Assembly (NCBI GenBank): GCA_947487055.1
Contig: CANKVN010000005.1
Span: forward strand, 1-49,356
From: Flavobacteriales bacterium
GTDB taxonomy: Bacteria; Bacteroidota; Bacteroidia; NS11-12g; UBA955
Direction: 5' to 3'
DNA: 49,356 nucleotides
In this document: piece after piece, positions 46,701 to 49,356 of the stretch
Numbering within the stretch: the stretch's first letter is position 1
Layout: every line of letters begins with the position of its first letter
The notes under the pieces: model-generated
The model's database searches: none
Seen by the model: the letters and a program-made list of their open reading frames with translations, nothing else
What the model was told of the DNA's origin: nothing
Program-made: the position numbers and the translations under genes

Positions 46701-49354
46701 GTATCCTTACAACCCCGCTTATCGGTTACCACCACATAATGGGTACCTGCGCCAACTTTTACCAGTACGCTGGAGTCAAGTGCAACCTTATTGTTCCATT
46801 TGTATTTGTATAATTTGGTACCGCCGGTAACCAGTGTGTGCAACTGTGCGGTGCTGGAATCCCTGCACAACAATGGATCTATGGTAATGCTTGCCGCCAA
46901 TACTGCGGCAGGTTCTCCCACTTTTACCGAATCCATCTTAACATAACCGGTAATCAAATCTGTAACGACAACCGTGTAAATTCCGGCAGGAACGTTAATA
47001 AGAGAATCATTGAACCTTGCAGGCGTTGTTAACCACTTAAATTGATAGGACCCGGAGCCCCGACTGGCATTCACCCTTGCAATACCGGAAGATAACCCCT
47101 TACAACTTACGCTGTCTGCGAAAAGTTCAATCGTCAAACAATCATTGATTTTTACAGATTCCTGGAAAGTATCCTGGCAGCCAAGTGTATCTGTACCGAT
47201 TAGGGTATAGATGCCTGCATAACTAGTGGTAACATAAGGAATTGACGGTGCTGTACTCTTGCTGTTAAACAACTGCGGGCCTGACCATTGCCATTTCCAT
47301 CTTGGATTTCCAAGGGCGCTGAGCTTTAAAGAATCGCCTGCGCAAACCGGGCTGTTGGACTTACTGCTCATGGGCCTTGGGCCTACCAAAATATCCTTAA
47401 CTACAGAATCTGAACAAAAGAAGCCACTGTCAGAAACAACCACACTATACCGGCCTTCATAGCTGTATTTATTCAAGGGCAGCACCAGTTTAGCCTTGTA
47501 ATAGGTTTCCCCATTGGGTGTTCGCCACTGGTAGCGGTATTTCTTGGTTGTGGAGATGGTATTGAGGGTCAGAGACTGCCATAAACAAACCTGACTATCA
47601 CCAAATATCTTCAATCCCGGGATTGCAGGATGTACCTTTACCAGGTAGTAAGCAGTATCCTTACACAAGTTCGAGTCTATACCCAAAACACTGTATAGAC
47701 CAGAATCGGGCATTGTAACCTTGATACGCGTGGGACTGGCAGCATAATTCAGGAAGTTATTCGGACCTGTCCAAACATAATTCTTGGCCCCTTTAACATA
47801 CAGGTTAAGGTTGCTTCCCGAACATAGCTGCGTATCGCCGGAAACGGATATATTAGGCAAGCCATGAACGACATATTTAATTGAATCCTCGTTTCTGCAA
47901 CCTCTTGCATCTTTAATTTGCAGTTTATACCTCCCTGCATCGGTTAATTTAAGTGATGGCAACACCAAAGTATCCGCAGTAACTGTTTGTTTATCAGGTT
48001 TTGTCCAAACAACACTGCTGGCCGTTTTAAAGGCGTTATACAACAGCCCTTTTTGACCCACACACTCCGGTGAGTTGGCTATAAGTTTTAATTTGGGCGG
48101 ACGCAATATATTTGGTGTCGTGTATGCGGTATCAATACAGCCATTTGCACTTTTTACAACAATCCGGTATTGCCCGTCCCTACTGGAATCCACCATTTTA
48201 ACTACGGGATTTTGAACATTGGAATAGAAACTCTTTGCATCCCAGTCAAAAGAATACGTGCTTTTGTTGTAGCTGCTGATGTTAGCAAACAGTTTTAAGG
48301 TGTCGCCTGAACATACAGGTGAATTGTCTTTGGCAGATACCCTGAAGCCGGGTTTAACATCAACCTTGATGGTGAAATCATCCTTACATTGGTTCGTATC
48401 TGTTACCCACACGGTATAGTTTCCCAAATAATTTGAGTCTGCATTGTATATCAGGTTATCCTGCAGGGTTGAAGTATAACCGTTGGGACCAAACCACTTG
48501 TAGCTAAATCCTCCATTGGATTTCAATGAAAGTTTACCCCTTGTGCAAACAGGACTGTTGCTATATGCGGTTGCGGTTGGCAATGGATTAACCTTTATGT
48601 TTAATGCTGCTGTTGCCTTTGATTCACAAGCTACAGTATTCAGCGTTGATAATGTTATTCTCCGGTACTGTGAGGTTTTGGTTAATCCGGCTGGCACATC
48701 ATAAATGGCTGTTGTAGCACCTGTAATCGTTGTCCATGTTTTCCCGGTATCTATGCTTGATTCCCAGCGGTAGGATACGGTACCATCACCTGAGCCGGCT
48801 GTTGTACTGATGAATGCCACAGGGTCGTCGCCGCTGCATATTGTCTGATCACTACCTACTGCACCTGCTGTTGGTACACTCTGTACTGTCACTGTTATGG
48901 CTTTTGTTTCTATAGATTCACAAGTTAATGAACTTAGGGTTGATAATGTAATCCTCCGGTATTGGGTGGTTACGGTCAGACCAGCAGGTACATCATAAGT
49001 AGTGCCTGTAACTCCTGATATTACTGACCATGTAGCACCTGCATTGGTGCTTGATTCCCAGCGGTAGGATATGGTACCATCACCAGATCCTGCTGTTGTG
49101 CTGGTGAAGGCTGCAGGGTCGTCGGCATTACAGATGGTTTGATCTGAACCGATAACTCCTGCTGTAGGTATAGTTCTTACAGTTACTGTCACTGCAGCTG
49201 TTGCAACCGATTCGCACGAAACTGCATTTAATGTCGTAACTGTTATTCTGCGATACTGTGTAGTTATCGTAAGGCCTGCAGGTACATCATAGGTAGCTCC
49301 GGTAGCTCCGGAAATGGTAGACCATGTTGAGCCACCGTTTGTGCTGGATTCCCA
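43739..49354 (-). CDS. Giant T9SS type-B-CTD surface protein/adhesin with SprB-like and Ig-like repeats (5'-truncated by window edge)
   Basis: Frame open to the window end; repeats C.G...G......GG..PY.Y.W..DANGC and SNSPVC.G..L.L..W.GPNGF; C-terminus LPNAFTPN...NDFF...IYDRWG...W.G...G.Y...KGNVTLLR. Confidence 0.93.
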   Translation of the reverse strand, partial: WESSTNGGSTWSTISGATGATYDVPAGLTITTQYRRITVTTLNAVSCESVATAAVTVTVRTIPTAGVIGSDQTICNADDPAAFTSTTAGSGDGTISYRWESSTNAGATWSVISGVTGTTYDVPAGLTVTTQYRRITLSTLSSLTCESIETKAITVTVQSVPTAGAVGSDQTICSGDDPVAFISTTAGSGDGTVSYRWESSIDTGKTWTTITGATTAIYDVPAGLTKTSQYRRITLSTLNTVACESKATAALNIKVNPLPTATAYSNSPVCTRGKLSLKSNGGFSYKWFGPNGYTSTLQDNLIYNADSNYLGNYTVWVTDTNQCKDDFTIKVDVKPGFRVSAKDNSPVCSGDTLKLFANISSYNKSTYSFDWDAKSFYSNVQNPVVKMVDSSRDGQYRIVVKSANGCIDTAYTTPNILRPPKLKLIANSPECVGQKGLLYNAFKTASSVVWTKPDKQTVTADTLVLPSLKLTDAGRYKLQIKDARGCRNEDSIKYVVHGLPNISVSGDTQLCSGSNLNLYVKGAKNYVWTGPNNFLNYAASPTRIKVTMPDSGLYSVLGIDSNLCKDTAYYLVKVHPAIPGLKIFGDSQVCLWQSLTLNTISTTKKYRYQWRTPNGETYYKAKLVLPLNKYSYEGRYSVVVSDSGFFCSDSVVKDILVGPRPMSSKSNSPVCAGDSLKLSALGNPRWKWQWSGPQLFNSKSTAPSIPYVTTSYAGIYTLIGTDTLGCQDTFQESVKINDCLTIELFADSVSCKGLSSGIARVNASRGSGSYQFKWLTTPARFNDSLINVPAGIYTVVVTDLITGYVKMDSVKVGEPAAVLAASITIDPLLCRDSSTAQLHTLVTGGTKLYKYKWNNKVALDSSVLVKVGAGTHYVVVTDKRGCKDTVEVKVANPAKWNFSIARNDVLCAGGKTGNATVTVSGGKPVYFYQWDTITWISKNKTIGNTYKNLKAGLYKVLVTDANRCQQSDTVMIAQPDSLKAKFKIDTYIRCFGDTSGQITATARGGTGVYNYLWNNNKKYTDKTAKNLAAGWYVLQLRDANSCLTKDSIFLAQPDDIKIQIAKLINLNCYKDKSGFAEVSVSGGTTPHYVKWDNGGYTAQGYTKNNLDAGNHWVYIRDFQGCYDTLKITVAQPDSLITLFKKRQNVLCYNGNSGWAEFELAGGTPPYRYVWENGDTVKRSTKLLAQSYWVRSTDAHGCLHKDTIQLTQPAELDIYVKKTDSVSCNGFSDGLAEIAAVGGKLPYGFWYYTGKDTIRGTTLKGVPARQIPFKYDAYVLDANGCMDYTPVYIKEPAKLQVQRNGQVDLICYGARTASISIGPKGGNGGYTYNWNSLPKQYTPTASKLKAGNYIVTLKDYKGCTALDTFTVKQPAKNPVLTKNQVAFCYNSAIQLGAYQYEADSVWWFGPNKILLSKAYPNYVKTNAVFADSGQYTLMARDKQGCYDTTKIAVVINKLPNVIAWIQQNPPHCKSDTITLRSRGAVTYNWVGPNGFTSGVQNPSISGLTLSMGGLYYVRGTDANTCQSWDSVKLNIEDNINISNDQQLCAGANLILAGYGAEKYRWSGPNGYSSTLQSPLITDIEDSMSGKFTLYAVDKYGCKDTLTTHVLVYPRPVIKPVATEPVCAGEPLHLYSNGGGNYQYLWQGPLGYSSADPNPKVSTSSDKQSGTYRMFASYQADATNICKDSAKVSARVFAVPQSKFMLTPQASVYLTETEYELKDFSTAANRWTYYLNNQYWSSNPITTFNRNDAGSLIVKQVVSSKDFSVYSGKYCMDSSQQVFNIAYKPKTWLPNAFTPNNNNNNDFFYPTTVSITSYRLRIYDRWGNKIFDEVNGKWNGLDKQGNYYPVGVYGVYLNYTDITGLEKEMKGNVTLLR

Positions 49355-49356
49355 AC
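48595..49356 (-). repeat. Intragenic 294-bp (98-aa) tandem repeats, at least 2.5 copies
   Basis: GATTCCCA anchor at 48759, 49053 and 49347 (period 294); protein unit DQTIC..DDP.AF.STTAGSGDGT.SYRWESS...YDVPAGLT.T.QYRRIT. Confidence 0.9.

Noticed and set aside
48595-49356. Tandem repeats as a possible CRISPR array or mobile element
   Set aside because: The 294-bp period is in frame, degenerate at the DNA level and lies within a coding sequence; no spacers or cas genes

Overview
Chromosomal window from a Bacteroidota genome, judged from TAnnTTTG -7 promoter elements, a SusC/SusD pair and T9SS cargo proteins. From left to right: the 3' part of infB, several small housekeeping genes, kynureninase and Ppx/GppA; then a ~22 kb alpha-glucan (starch/glycogen/maltose) utilisation locus at 5829-27771. 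That locus holds SusC, SusD, two accessory proteins, four GH13 enzymes, a GH65 maltose phosphorylase, beta-PGM, a sugar kinase, an MFS transporter, a non-catalytic T9SS protein and a Nudix-wHTH (NrtR-family) regulator. Four of its promoter regions each carry the palindrome AGTGT-N7-ACAC, which points to an NrtR-type starch/maltose regulon; this is the strongest novel signal. Housekeeping genes follow: ftsH, an AI-2E transporter, lnt, rsmI, an M43 protease, an enoyl-CoA hydratase and pheT-zapB-like-zapA-rny. A small accessory block at 40803-43529 contains an ADP-ribosyltransferase-like ORF behind a structured leader and a domain-4-less cholesterol-dependent-cytolysin-like lipoprotein coupled to an unknown lipoprotein. 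The window ends inside a giant repeat-rich T9SS type-B adhesin. No rRNA, tRNA, CRISPR array or transposase was seen. All family calls come from motif recognition by eye, not from database searches.
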